Source: a bacterium (GTDB lineage Bacteria; CALINM01). From it: 29,774 nucleotides of DNA. Positions 11,774 through 21,770 of the stretch are shown piece after piece. The translations under genes and the position numbers were made by a program. The stretch covers positions 17,566 to 47,339 of the forward strand of contig JBEQAF010000002.1 of NCBI GenBank assembly GCA_041640455.1, in the 5' to 3' direction. The notes beneath the pieces were generated by a model. It saw only the letters and a program-made list of their open reading frames with translations. It did not search any database and was not told the DNA's origin. How positions within the stretch are numbered: position 1 is the stretch's first letter; each line of letters starts with the position of its first letter.

Positions 11774-13192
11774 ATGAGCGCTATAAATACAAAAATATTA
11801 GAAGAAATTTTAAATCTCTACCCCGAAAAAACAAAGAAAGAGAGAGCTCTACATATTAAGATAAAAGAGTCAAGCGATTGCTCCCTTTGCAAGGTAAAGA
11901 GCAACGTTAAATCAAGACCTGGTGTTATGACCATAAGAGGATGCGCCTATGCAGGTTCAAAAGGTGTTGTCTGGGGTCCTGTTAAGGATATTATTCACGT
12001 AAGTCATGGACCAATCGGCTGCGGACAGTACAGCTGGTGGTCGAGAAGAAACTATTCTAACGGCATATCGGGTATTGATAACTTTGGAACCGTTCATGTT
12101 ACCAGTGACTATCATGAAAAGGATATCGTATTTGGCGGTGATAAAAAGCTTGAGCAGATTTTAAGAGAGCTAAAGGAGCTTTTTCCACTGGCAAAAGGAA
12201 TAAGTATCCAGTCTGAATGTCCGGTGGGGTTAATTGGAGACGATATTGAATCGGTTTGCAAAAAAATGAGCAAAGAGCTTGGAATACCTATTGTGCCAGT
12301 CAGGTGCGAAGGGTTCAGAGGTATCTCTCAGTCTCTCGGACATCATATCGCCAATGATGCCATTAGAGATCATGTGCTGGGCAAAGGCGGAGTTTCAAAA
12401 GGGAGCTCTCCCTACGATGTAAATATTATAGGCGATTACAATATCGGTGGCGATGCATGGGCATCAAGGAAAATACTTGAGGATATGGGGTTAAATGTGA
12501 TAGCTCAGTGGACTGGTGATGCATCTCTTAACGAACTTAAAATAGCCTCAAAAGCTAAACTAAATCTCATTCACTGTTACAGATCTATGAATTACATATG
12601 CAGGTTTATGGAAGAGAACTTTGGTATTCCATGGATTGAATTTAACTTCTTTGGTCCCACAAAGATCTTTGAAAGCATGAGAAAAATTGCATCTTATTTT
12701 GACAACAAGATAAAGGAGCAGACCGAAAAGAAGATAGAAGAGTATAAAAAAATCACTGATATCATTATAGAAGAGTATAGACCAGGACTTGAAGGTAAGA
12801 AGGTTATGCTCTATGTGGGGGGACTAAGACCACGTCATCCCATAGGAGCTTATGAGGATCTCGGTATGGAAGTGGTAGGAACCGGTTACGAATTTGCCCA
12901 TAACGATGACTATGAAAGAACCTATCCAGAGGTCAATATAGGCACCATTATTTATGATGATGTGACGCCCTACGAGTTTGAGGAGTTTACAAAGGTTATC
13001 AAACCAGATCTTGTTGGCTCAGGTATTAAAGAGAAATATGCCTTCCATAAGATGGGTGTACCATTCAGGCAGATGCACTCATGGGATTATTCTGGACCAT
13101 ATCACGGCGTTGAAGGGTTCGGAATATTTGCGAGAGATATGGATATAGCAGTCAATAGCCCCGTTTGGAAGCTTATAAGGAGGAAAAAATGA
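11774..13192 (+). CDS. nifD: Nitrogenase MoFe protein alpha chain (Group I-type)
   Basis: P-cluster Cys in RGCAYAG, GCGQY, SECPVG; SQSLGHH; FeMoco ligands HCYRS and QMHSWDY; GGLRPRH; 472 aa without the Group II insertion. Confidence 0.98.
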   Translation: MSAINTKILEEILNLYPEKTKKERALHIKIKESSDCSLCKVKSNVKSRPGVMTIRGCAYAGSKGVVWGPVKDIIHVSHGPIGCGQYSWWSRRNYSNGISGIDNFGTVHVTSDYHEKDIVFGGDKKLEQILRELKELFPLAKGISIQSECPVGLIGDDIESVCKKMSKELGIPIVPVRCEGFRGISQSLGHHIANDAIRDHVLGKGGVSKGSSPYDVNIIGDYNIGGDAWASRKILEDMGLNVIAQWTGDASLNELKIASKAKLNLIHCYRSMNYICRFMEENFGIPWIEFNFFGPTKIFESMRKIASYFDNKIKEQTEKKIEEYKKITDIIIEEYRPGLEGKKVMLYVGGLRPRHPIGAYEDLGMEVVGTGYEFAHNDDYERTYPEVNIGTIIYDDVTPYEFEEFTKVIKPDLVGSGIKEKYAFHKMGVPFRQMHSWDYSGPYHGVEGFGIFARDMDIAVNSPVWKLIRRKK

Positions 13193-14697
13193 GCATAGAG
13201 ATTAAAGACCACAACAAACTGTTTAAAGAAGAAGATTATATAAGGCAGTTTGAGAATAAAAAAGCCTATGAAGCTCCTTGCAGCCCTGAGGAGGTTCAAA
13301 AGGTTCTGGAATGGACAAAAACAAAGGAGTATAAGGAAAAAAACTTTGCCAGACAGGCTGTTACAATAAATCCATCAAAAGCCTGTCAGCCCCTCGGTGC
13401 CATATACGCTGCTCTGGGCTTTGAAAATACTCTACCCTTTGTACATGGCTCTCAGGGATGTGTAGCCTATTTCAGATCATATTTCAGCAGACATTTCAAA
13501 GAGCCAGTTGCTGCTGTTTCTACCTCAATGACAGAAGATGCGGCAGTTTATGGAGGGCTTTCAAACATGCTTGAGGGATTGGAGAATGCCTATTCCATTT
13601 ACAAACCTAAAATGTTTGCCGTATCAACAACCTGTATGGCAGAGGTAATTGGTGACGATCTTAACGCCTATATCAGAACAGCCAAGGAAAAAAACCGCAT
13701 ACCTCAAGACATTCCTGTCCCCTTTGCACACACACCGAGCTTTGTGGGTTCTCATATTGTGGGCTACGACAATATGCTAAAAGGTATATTGTCACTTGTT
13801 AAAAACAAGGATATTCAAAACAAAAAGATTAACATCATCCCGGGGTTTGAACCCTATCCAGCTAATATTCGAGAAATAAAGCGGATTCTAAATCTTATGG
13901 GTATTGATAATATTATCCTCGCCGATACAAGTAGCGCTTTTGATTCACCTGTTACTGGAGAATATTCAATATACAACGGTGGGACAAGCCTTTCAGATCT
14001 TTTTAGCGCCATAAATTCAAAGGCTACCGTATCGCTTATGAAGTTTTCCTCCACGAAAACCATTGAATTTATAAAAAAAGAGTGGGTGCAGGAGGCACTA
14101 TCAGTGCCCTATCCGATAGGGATTAAAAATACCGATTTTCTTCTCGAAACACTTTCCCATATATCCGGCAAAACCATCCCGGACGAGCTGGAAAACGAAA
14201 GAGGCAGACTAATTGATGCTATGATCGACTCTCAGGCATACCTGCATAACAAAAAGGTAGCTCTTGTGGGAGATCCGGATCTTCTTTCAGGACTCATAGC
14301 TTTCTGTCTTGAACTGGGGATAAGACCAAAGCATATTTTGTGCACCAATGGAGACAAGGATTTTGAAAATGACGTTCTTGAGCTACTCTCAACCAGCCAT
14401 TTCGGCAAAGATTGCAATGTCTACGCTGGCAAGGATATGTGGCATTTAAGGTCAGCTCTTTTTGTGGAGCCCTGTGATCTCATACTTGGTCCCTCTCAGG
14501 CAAAATTTCTTGTCAGAGACACAGGTACCCCTCTTGTAAGGGTGGGCTTCCCAATATTTGACAGACATCACCTGCACAGATTCCCCATTATCGGATATTA
14601 CGGTACATTAAATCTTCTAACCTATATAGTAAATGCATTTCTGGAAGAGCTCGATAGAAACTCCATTAATGGTCCTAACTTTGACCTAATAAGATAG
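13189..14697 (+). CDS. nifK: Nitrogenase MoFe protein beta chain
   Basis: [54 protein letters not shown] 13189 overlaps the nifD stop (ATGA). Confidence 0.98.
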   Translation: MSIEIKDHNKLFKEEDYIRQFENKKAYEAPCSPEEVQKVLEWTKTKEYKEKNFARQAVTINPSKACQPLGAIYAALGFENTLPFVHGSQGCVAYFRSYFSRHFKEPVAAVSTSMTEDAAVYGGLSNMLEGLENAYSIYKPKMFAVSTTCMAEVIGDDLNAYIRTAKEKNRIPQDIPVPFAHTPSFVGSHIVGYDNMLKGILSLVKNKDIQNKKINIIPGFEPYPANIREIKRILNLMGIDNIILADTSSAFDSPVTGEYSIYNGGTSLSDLFSAINSKATVSLMKFSSTKTIEFIKKEWVQEALSVPYPIGIKNTDFLLETLSHISGKTIPDELENERGRLIDAMIDSQAYLHNKKVALVGDPDLLSGLIAFCLELGIRPKHILCTNGDKDFENDVLELLSTSHFGKDCNVYAGKDMWHLRSALFVEPCDLILGPSQAKFLVRDTGTPLVRVGFPIFDRHHLHRFPIIGYYGTLNLLTYIVNAFLEELDRNSINGPNFDLIR

Positions 14698-14705
14698 AGG
14701 TATTT

Positions 14706-15599
14706 ATGATAACTGAGATAAAAGAAAAAGCTAAGGAACTAAAGATTAACGAGCATCCCTGTCTGTCTGAAAAAGCCCATCTCAAATATGGTAGGGTTCA
14801 TATGCCCGTAGCTCCGAAATGCAATATACAATGCAACTACTGTGTCAGAAAATATGACTGCATAAACGAGTCAAGACCCGGAGTTACTTCTCAGGTTCTT
14901 AATGCAAGGGAGGCATTTTTCAGACTTAAGCTCCTTCTGGAAAGAGATGAGACTATTAAGGTATTGGGCGTTGCAGGTCCTGGCGATTCGCTTGCAAATC
15001 ATGAAACCTTTGAACTTTTTCATTATCTTAAAAGAGATTATCCCCATATAAGCCTTTGTATCTCGACCAATGGTCTTCTTCTGGCAGAAATGATAGAGGA
15101 TTTAAAAAGTGTTGGAGTAAGCAGTGTGACTGTAACACTAAACACACTGAGAAAGGAGACTGCAGAGAAGATATACTGCTTTGCTACCAAGGATGGAAAA
15201 AGATATAGAGGGGCAGAGGCAGCAGGGCTCATTAATGAAAGACAGCTTCTGGGGATAAGAAAGGCTGTGTCAGCTGATTTTATAGTAAAGATTAACACGG
15301 TTCTTATCCCCGGTGTAAATGACCATGAGATTGAAGAGATAGCAAAATGGATCTCTCAGCAGGGTGTTTATACCCAGAACATTATATCTCTGATACCCCA
15401 GGGCAGAATGAAAGATATAAAAAAGCCCACCTGCTATGATGCCTATCTAGCAAAAAAGAAGGCAGAAACTTATATAAGACAGATGAGCCACTGCGCCAAA
15501 TGCAGATCCGATGCGCTGGGAAAGATAGGAGAGACAAGAGACATTGAGTATGAATCAGTTAGCGCCCTTTTCGGCTTATATTATCTGGAGAGTATTTGA
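14706..15599 (+). CDS. nifB: FeMo-cofactor biosynthesis radical SAM protein NifB (SAM domain only)
   Basis: HPC, PVAPKCNIQCNYC, NESRPG, AGPG, STNG, HCAKCRSDA; 297 aa with no C-terminal NifX-like domain. Confidence 0.94.
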   Translation: MITEIKEKAKELKINEHPCLSEKAHLKYGRVHMPVAPKCNIQCNYCVRKYDCINESRPGVTSQVLNAREAFFRLKLLLERDETIKVLGVAGPGDSLANHETFELFHYLKRDYPHISLCISTNGLLLAEMIEDLKSVGVSSVTVTLNTLRKETAEKIYCFATKDGKRYRGAEAAGLINERQLLGIRKAVSADFIVKINTVLIPGVNDHEIEEIAKWISQQGVYTQNIISLIPQGRMKDIKKPTCYDAYLAKKKAETYIRQMSHCAKCRSDALGKIGETRDIEYESVSALFGLYYLESI

Positions 15600-16270
15600 A
15601 GGTTAGCACTATGAACTACGAGATAATTTCAGCCCTTAAAATATCTTTGAAGGTTTCACTAATATCAACAGTTTTCGTTGTGGTTCTGGGCTCTTTTCTC
15701 GCATATATTTTCTCGGTAAAAAATTTTAAGGGCAAATACATACTGGATAGCCTCCTTATTCTTCCAATGATACTTCCCCCAACGGTTATAGGCTACTACC
15801 TTATTCTATTGCTTGGAAGAAATGGACTGTTAGGGAGATTTATTTACGAGAAATTAAATATTTCAATTCTTTTCACGTGGCATTCCGCAGCTATTGCCTC
15901 TCTGATAGTATCCTTCCCGCTTATGTATAAAACTGTAAAGTCTGCAATAGACAACTTCGATAGAAACCTTCTTAACATGTCTAACTCGCTCGGGCATTCA
16001 GAGCTGGAGACCTTTTTCAAAGTGCTGCTCCCTCAGGTAAAGAAAAACATTCTTGCTGGCGCCATTCTATCCTTTACAAGAGCTATGGGCGAGTTTGGGG
16101 CAACCCTTATGGTTGCAGGCAATATTATGGGAAGGACTACCACCATGTCGGTGTTGATATATTCATCGGTGAGTTCGGGTGAATATGAGAAGGCAAATTT
16201 AATGGTTCTTTTTTTCAGCATTTTTTGTCTTAGCATAGTGTTTGTTTCAGTAAAACTTATAGGAAGATAG
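15596..16270 (+). CDS. modB: Molybdate ABC transporter permease
   Basis: LPMILPPTVIGYYL, SFPLMY, FTRAMGEFGATLMVAGNI. Start is TTG 15596 or ATG 15611. Confidence 0.93.
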   Translation: MKVSTMNYEIISALKISLKVSLISTVFVVVLGSFLAYIFSVKNFKGKYILDSLLILPMILPPTVIGYYLILLLGRNGLLGRFIYEKLNISILFTWHSAAIASLIVSFPLMYKTVKSAIDNFDRNLLNMSNSLGHSELETFFKVLLPQVKKNILAGAILSFTRAMGEFGATLMVAGNIMGRTTTMSVLIYSSVSSGEYEKANLMVLFFSIFCLSIVFVSVKLIGR

Positions 16271-16272
16271 CC

Positions 16273-16995
16273 ATGCTGAAGGTAGATATAACTAAAGGTT
16301 TTTCGAATTTTAATCTTGATATCAGCTTTGAGATGACAAATGAAAAGCTGGTCTTCTTTGGCGGTTCAGGTTCAGGCAAATCATCTACCATAAATGCGAT
16401 CACGGGTTTCTTGAAGCCCAACCATGGAAGAATTGTATTTGGCGATAAAATATTTTTTGATTCAGAAAAAAACATATTCATGCCGACTCAGCATAGAAAG
16501 GTGGGATATGTTAATCAGGATCTGCTTCTTTTTAAAAACATGAATGCCTTTGAAAATATAGCATATGGGCTCAGGAATAAAAAACAGGGCTGGAAAGACA
16601 AGGTAGATGAGTTTCTTGAAAAGTTTGGTCTTTTAAAATACAAAAAGCTTTATCCCCATGAGCTCTCAGGAGGTCAAAAGCAGAGACTTGCTCTTGCAAG
16701 GGTGTTGATCAACAACCCTTCCCTGCTTCTTCTGGATGAGCCCTTCTCCATGCTGGATATTAAGCTAAAAAGGGAGCTTAAGGAGATGGTGCTTGAGATA
16801 AAAGAAAACCTTAACATCCCCCTTATCATAGTAACCCATGACCTTTCTGATGCCTTCTCTCTGGGAGACAGGATCGCATTTTTTGAAGAAGGTAAGGTTA
16901 AAGCTATTATAAAAAGTCAGGATCTCACCATAAGACTAAGTTACAACGGAGACTGTGCGCATCAAAACTGTTACTGCAACGAGGCAGTTTTATGA
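16273..16995 (+). CDS. modC: Molybdate ABC transporter ATP-binding protein (short, no TOBE domain)
   Basis: GGSGSGKS, LSGGQKQR, LLLLDEPF, VTHD; lies between modB and modA. Confidence 0.9.
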   Translation: MLKVDITKGFSNFNLDISFEMTNEKLVFFGGSGSGKSSTINAITGFLKPNHGRIVFGDKIFFDSEKNIFMPTQHRKVGYVNQDLLLFKNMNAFENIAYGLRNKKQGWKDKVDEFLEKFGLLKYKKLYPHELSGGQKQRLALARVLINNPSLLLLDEPFSMLDIKLKRELKEMVLEIKENLNIPLIIVTHDLSDAFSLGDRIAFFEEGKVKAIIKSQDLTIRLSYNGDCAHQNCYCNEAVL

Positions 16996-17771
16996 GAAAG
17001 CTTCTTGCTATAATTTTTCTGCTATTTATCTCATCAAACTCTCAGGCTCAAGAGATTATTGTATCTGCCGCCTATGCCTACAAAAGCCCTATATCCGAGC
17101 TTATTAGATTATACGAGAGCAGATCTGGCAATAAAGTTATTGTCAACCTCGGCACATCGGTGCATCTGATGAACCAGATACGGGCTAAAGCGCCTGTAGA
17201 TGTCTTTTTTTCGGCAGGGGTCAAAGAGATGGAAGAGCTTTTAAAAGAAGGGCTTATAATTAGAGACAGCTATCAGAAGTTTCTCTCATCAAGGCTATCG
17301 GTTGCCGTAAACAGATCTGATAAAAAATATAATAAAATAGCCTCACTGCGGGAGCTTTTAAAACCAGAGTTTAAGACCATAGCTGTTGGCAATTCCAAAA
17401 CCATGCCTCTCGGCAGATACACCGAAGAGTCACTAATGTTCTACAACCTCCTTGAGCCATTAAAAAACAAGCTTATCTATGTGGAAAACTTTCAGCAGGC
17501 AATTGATTTCCTGGTCAGAAAAGAGGTTGATGCAGCAATAATATTCAGCCATGAGCTGGTAGCAAGAAAGACTGAAATTTCTGAGATTTATCAGATAGAT
17601 GAAAGTTCTCATTCTAAAATCCTGTATGCTGTGGGGATTACAAGCTATAGCCAAAATAAAGCCAAGGCTTTAGAATTTCTAAAAATTACCCTTTCAAAAG
17701 AAAGTATGGAGATATTTAAAAAATATGGCTTCCGGATGCCAAAGGGTGGTAGTTATGGGCATGATAAGTGA
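16992..17771 (+). CDS. modA: Molybdate ABC transporter substrate-binding protein
   Basis: Signal peptide (SQA), VSAA, QIRAKAPVDVFFSA, IAVGN...PLGRY, IFKKYGF. Confidence 0.9.
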   Translation: MRKLLAIIFLLFISSNSQAQEIIVSAAYAYKSPISELIRLYESRSGNKVIVNLGTSVHLMNQIRAKAPVDVFFSAGVKEMEELLKEGLIIRDSYQKFLSSRLSVAVNRSDKKYNKIASLRELLKPEFKTIAVGNSKTMPLGRYTEESLMFYNLLEPLKNKLIYVENFQQAIDFLVRKEVDAAIIFSHELVARKTEISEIYQIDESSHSKILYAVGITSYSQNKAKALEFLKITLSKESMEIFKKYGFRMPKGGSYGHDK

Positions 17772-20334
17772 AAAAGAGCTATATATTTATGAGTGTGAAA
17801 ATAACTCAAAAGAGCGATTATGTAGATCAAGGGGAGGTGAATCCTGTGCCCTTGATGGTGCTCTGATAGTTTTACAGCCTATAGCTGATGCCCTTCACAT
17901 AATCCATAGCCCTATAAACTGTTGCGCCATAAGCTATGACGGAAGAGGCGCTGTTTCAGACAGGGGGGTTTTTAACCACATGGGGTTTACCACCGATATG
18001 AAGGAGCTAAATATAGTATACGGTTCCGAAGAAAGGTTAAAAAAATATATTATTGAGCTGGATGGTAAATATAACCCTAAGGGCATTTTTGTATACCTGT
18101 CCTGTATATCGGGATTAATAGGTGAGGATATTGAATCGGTTTGCAAAGAAACATCAGGGATAATCGGCAAGCTCGTGGTGCCGGTGCTTTCTCCAGGCTT
18201 TGTGGGTCCCAAAAATCTGGGCAACCGGATCGCAGGAGAAGCGCTTCTAAAATATGTTATTGGCACTGCTGAACCTGCATTTACTACCGATTGTGACATA
18301 AATCTTATAGGCGAATACAACATTGCGGGCGATATTTATGAGATCGAAAAGATATTAAAAGACTGCGGTCTAAGGGTACTTTCAAGAATTACAGGCAACA
18401 GCTCTTTTGAGGAGATAAGATATGCACACAGGGCAAGGCTTAATGTTATGATCTGTAGCCGGGCATTAATAAATATCGCCCTTTCTTTGAAAAAAAACTA
18501 CCAGATTGATTTTATAGAGGCGTCCTTTTACGGTCCTGCAGAGATAAAGAGAAGTCTGATAGAGATAGCTCTGAAACTAAAAAATATCCTGATTTTAAGA
18601 AAGGTTGAAGATTATATAAAAAGTCTGGATGAAAGGATTGAAAAAGGTCTTAAAGAATATCAAGTTCTTAAAGGGAAAAAGGCTCTCCTTTATTCTGGTG
18701 GCATAAAAGGCTGGTCTCTCATTTCCACCCTTAAAGATATGGGGATTAAGATCTCCGCTGTTATTACAAAAAAGATGAGTTACGATGACGAAGAGAAGGC
18801 AAAACAGTTACTTGATAAAGATGCAGAACTTCTTGAAAAATCTGACGCATCAACGGTTAAAAAATATTTCACCGAGAAAAGGGCTGATATTCTTATTGCA
18901 GGCGGAAGAAACAAATATCTGGCAATCAAAGAAAATATCCCTTTTGTGGATGTTAATCAGGAAAGACATAAAGCATATGCGGGCATTGATGGCTTTTTTA
19001 ATCTTTGCGAGGATATTAAAAATGCCTACCTTTTTTACTACCCTAAGTTAAAAAAACGGCTCAAAAGTCCAGCAATAATCCAAAAAGAGTTTATAGAAAA
19101 TCCCATTAAACTTCCCCAGAGCTTTGGCGCAATCATTGCCTTACAGGGATTTAAAAACATCTTACCGGTAATCCATAGTGCTCAGGGCTGTAACTTTTTA
19201 AGCAAGGTAATGCTGATTAAACATTTCAGAGAGCCCATATCTGTAAATACTTCAAACCTCTTTACAGAAGAGATTGTTATGGGTGGGGAAGAGAAGCTCA
19301 TTGAATCCATAGAAAAATCTATTAAAAATAAAATGCCTTCATTAATTGCTGTTCTTTCGGCAAGCCTCTCAGAAATTAGGGGAAGTAATCTTGATTTGGT
19401 GTTAAAAGCTTACAGAGCAGATATCCCAAAGGCTATTATAAAAGTTCCCGACTATGAGGGAGGACTCGAAGATGGTTATGCAAAGGCTATTATAGCTGTC
19501 TTGGAACCTCTGCTAAATAAAAACCTTTCAAAGCAACAAAAAGACAGATATCTGATAAATGTCATCGGCGGTTCCCACCTGACTCCTATGGATTTTAATG
19601 AAATAAAAGAGATATTTTACAGCTTCGGTCTCGAGATAAACCTAATTCCAGACCTATCTGCTCTTGACGGCTCGGCAGCCTTTTCAGGAAGTGTAACCGG
19701 TGAAGGCTTTGATCTTAAAAAAATTAATAAAATTGCCCGTGCAGGATTCAGCATTGTTTTTGGTAAAAGTCTTGAGTCTGTAGCAATGTTCATAAAAGAA
19801 AAGACAGGAACTGATTATAAAGTTTTTGAAACCAGTTTAGGGCTTAAAGCAACTGACAGTCTTATAAAGTTTCTTAAAAATCTTGGTGCTGTAGCAATCA
19901 CAAAAAGGACATTTATAAAAAGAGAAAGAAAGATTCTGGAAGATCTTATAAAGGATGCCCAGTTTTATCTTTTTGGCAAAAGGGTATCCGTAGCCCTTGA
20001 GTCTGATTGTTCTGTTAACATCTGCAGCTTTTTAACAGAGCTTGGCATGAAGGTTACCAGAGCTGTTATACCTGATAAAAGCCCCACGGCAAACTCCATT
20101 AGATGCCAAAATATTATTGTTGGTGGGCTTGAAGAGCTTGATTCAATGGCAGACCTATGGATAGCCAGTTCAAGAGCAAGGCACAGTGCAGAAAGACAGC
20201 GTATCCCTCTAATTTATTTTGGTTACCCTTCCTATAGCGACTTTGGGACTAATCTCAGGCAGACTATTGGATATAAGGCTGCAATTAGATTTCTCACAGA
20301 TTTGGTGAATACAGTAAAAGGAGAGATTATATGA
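17761..20334 (+). CDS. nifEN: Fused NifE-NifN FeMo-cofactor scaffold protein
   Basis: NifE half: CALDGA, HSPINC, YLSCISGLIGEDI, MICSRAL, DVNQERH. NifN half: NPIKLPQSFGA...HSAQGC...HFREP. One continuous frame; start ATG 17761 or 17755. Confidence 0.93.
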   Translation: MISEKELYIYECENNSKERLCRSRGGESCALDGALIVLQPIADALHIIHSPINCCAISYDGRGAVSDRGVFNHMGFTTDMKELNIVYGSEERLKKYIIELDGKYNPKGIFVYLSCISGLIGEDIESVCKETSGIIGKLVVPVLSPGFVGPKNLGNRIAGEALLKYVIGTAEPAFTTDCDINLIGEYNIAGDIYEIEKILKDCGLRVLSRITGNSSFEEIRYAHRARLNVMICSRALINIALSLKKNYQIDFIEASFYGPAEIKRSLIEIALKLKNILILRKVEDYIKSLDERIEKGLKEYQVLKGKKALLYSGGIKGWSLISTLKDMGIKISAVITKKMSYDDEEKAKQLLDKDAELLEKSDASTVKKYFTEKRADILIAGGRNKYLAIKENIPFVDVNQERHKAYAGIDGFFNLCEDIKNAYLFYYPKLKKRLKSPAIIQKEFIENPIKLPQSFGAIIALQGFKNILPVIHSAQGCNFLSKVMLIKHFREPISVNTSNLFTEEIVMGGEEKLIESIEKSIKNKMPSLIAVLSASLSEIRGSNLDLVLKAYRADIPKAIIKVPDYEGGLEDGYAKAIIAVLEPLLNKNLSKQQKDRYLINVIGGSHLTPMDFNEIKEIFYSFGLEINLIPDLSALDGSAAFSGSVTGEGFDLKKINKIARAGFSIVFGKSLESVAMFIKEKTGTDYKVFETSLGLKATDSLIKFLKNLGAVAITKRTFIKRERKILEDLIKDAQFYLFGKRVSVALESDCSVNICSFLTELGMKVTRAVIPDKSPTANSIRCQNIIVGGLEELDSMADLWIASSRARHSAERQRIPLIYFGYPSYSDFGTNLRQTIGYKAAIRFLTDLVNTVKGEII

Positions 20335-20711
20335 AAGTAGCATTTTCAACTACCGACGGCATTCATGCCGATGAGCATTTTGGCAGATCAAGCTCCTTTG
20401 CCATCTATGAGGTGAACGAGAACGGATACAGGTTTATCGAGATCCGCAACTTCATAGACAGAACGGATATTGAAAACTCTCGAGACACGGAAGAGCATGA
20501 AAGCTTTGTAGAGAAAAAGATTGAACAGCTTTCTGACTGCAAGATTATCTATGTAACAGCCGTAGGCGGACCATCAGCGGCTAGACTTGTGAGAAAAAAT
20601 ATCTTTCCCGTAAAGGTAAAGGAAAATACAAAGATAGCCGATGAGCTTGAGAAGCTAAAAGAATCTTTAAAGACAAAAAAAATACCATGGCTACAAAAAA
20701 ATAATCTATAA
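20331..20711 (+). CDS. nifX: NifX (FeMo-cofactor precursor carrier)
   Basis: MKVAFSTTDG...DEHFGRS...AVGGPSAARLV...PW; overlaps the nifEN stop. Confidence 0.9.
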   Translation: MKVAFSTTDGIHADEHFGRSSSFAIYEVNENGYRFIEIRNFIDRTDIENSRDTEEHESFVEKKIEQLSDCKIIYVTAVGGPSAARLVRKNIFPVKVKENTKIADELEKLKESLKTKKIPWLQKNNL

Positions 20712-20725
20712 AAAGGAGAAAAACT

Positions 20726-21043
20726 ATGAAGATGATCAGAGCCTTTGTAAGACCAGAAAAAGAACAGGACATTGTTCTTGCCCTTGAGGGAGCAGGATTC
20801 CCTGCATTAACCAAGATGCCAGTATTTGGAAGAGGAAAACAAAAAGGTTTGCAGGTAGGTCCCATTCACTACGATGAACTTCCAAAACTGCTTCTTATGA
20901 TGGTGGTGAACGACGAGGATGTAGACAGGGTGTTGAAGATAATCATGGAAAAGGCAAGAACTGGTTTTATCGGTGACGGAAAAATATTCATAAGTCCGGT
21001 TTTTGAAAGTTACACAATCAGAACCGGGGAGGCAACATTATGA
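20726..21043 (+). CDS. nifI1: PII-family nitrogenase regulator NifI1
   Basis: VFGRGKQKG...YDELPK...GDGKIFISPV...YTIRTG; 105 aa. Confidence 0.85.
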   Translation: MKMIRAFVRPEKEQDIVLALEGAGFPALTKMPVFGRGKQKGLQVGPIHYDELPKLLLMMVVNDEDVDRVLKIIMEKARTGFIGDGKIFISPVFESYTIRTGEATL

Positions 21044-21456
21044 GAGAGGTTTGCGCCATTATCAGAAGAGAAAAGGTTGAACAGACAAAAAGGGCTCTGG
21101 ATGAGCTGGGCTACGCCTCAATGACCATTCAGAGCATTGAAGGCAGGGGTAAACAGAGAGGCTCACTGGTTGAGACCGTTGACACGGAGCTTTCAGACTG
21201 CTTTCCAGGTAAGCTGAAAGTAACGCCCACACCCTCAACCTATGCGCTTGAGCATTCTCTACCCAAACCTGTTCTTTATGTGCCCAAAAAACTGATTACC
21301 ATGGTAGTACCAGATGATGCAGTAGAGCCCATTGTAAAAGCGATCATAGCCATAAACTACACAGGTAAACCTGGTGATGGAAAAATTTTTGTACTGCCTG
21401 TAGATAACGCCATCAGGGTTAGAACAGCAGAAGAAAATGACCTTGCAATTAAATAA
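21040..21456 (+). CDS. nifI2: PII-family nitrogenase regulator NifI2 (long T-loop)
   Basis: EGRGKQRG...YVPKKLITMVVPDD...GKPGDGKIFVLPV...IRVRT; paired with nifI1. Confidence 0.8.
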   Translation: MREVCAIIRREKVEQTKRALDELGYASMTIQSIEGRGKQRGSLVETVDTELSDCFPGKLKVTPTPSTYALEHSLPKPVLYVPKKLITMVVPDDAVEPIVKAIIAINYTGKPGDGKIFVLPVDNAIRVRTAEENDLAIK

Positions 21457-21471
21457 AATACAGGAGGTTTT

Positions 21472-21747
21472 ATGGACAGATTCGGCATAAGAAGAGACGG
21501 GGAGAGATGGATTCCCCGTTTTCTTGACAAGATAGACACCAATAGATGTATCGGTTGCGGCAGATGTTACAAGGTTTGCAGTAGAGGAGTGCTCGAGCTT
21601 ATTGAAAAAGTAGTAGAAGGGGGTGACGAGTTTGGTGACAATATGGGCAACATGATAATGAACGTGGCAAACGAAGGTTTTTGCATAGGCTGTGGATCCT
21701 GCTCAAAAGTCTGCCCGGTAAAATGCCAGATATACATAACTTTATAA
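21472..21747 (+). CDS. fdxB: nif-specific 2[4Fe-4S] ferredoxin III
   Basis: [10 protein letters not shown]...[11 protein letters not shown]...[12 protein letters not shown]. Confidence 0.85.
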   Translation: MDRFGIRRDGERWIPRFLDKIDTNRCIGCGRCYKVCSRGVLELIEKVVEGGDEFGDNMGNMIMNVANEGFCIGCGSCSKVCPVKCQIYITL

Positions 21748-21770
21748 AAAATTTACAGTATCATATGAAA

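Noticed and set aside
11774..14697. Alternative (V- or Fe-only) nitrogenase
   Set aside because: No vnfG/anfG between D and K; the HCYRS motif, nifEN and mod genes indicate the Mo enzyme.
21681..21764. N-terminal extension of NifA in the ORF track
   Set aside because: Overlaps fdxB in another frame; NifA-like sequence begins after 21765.
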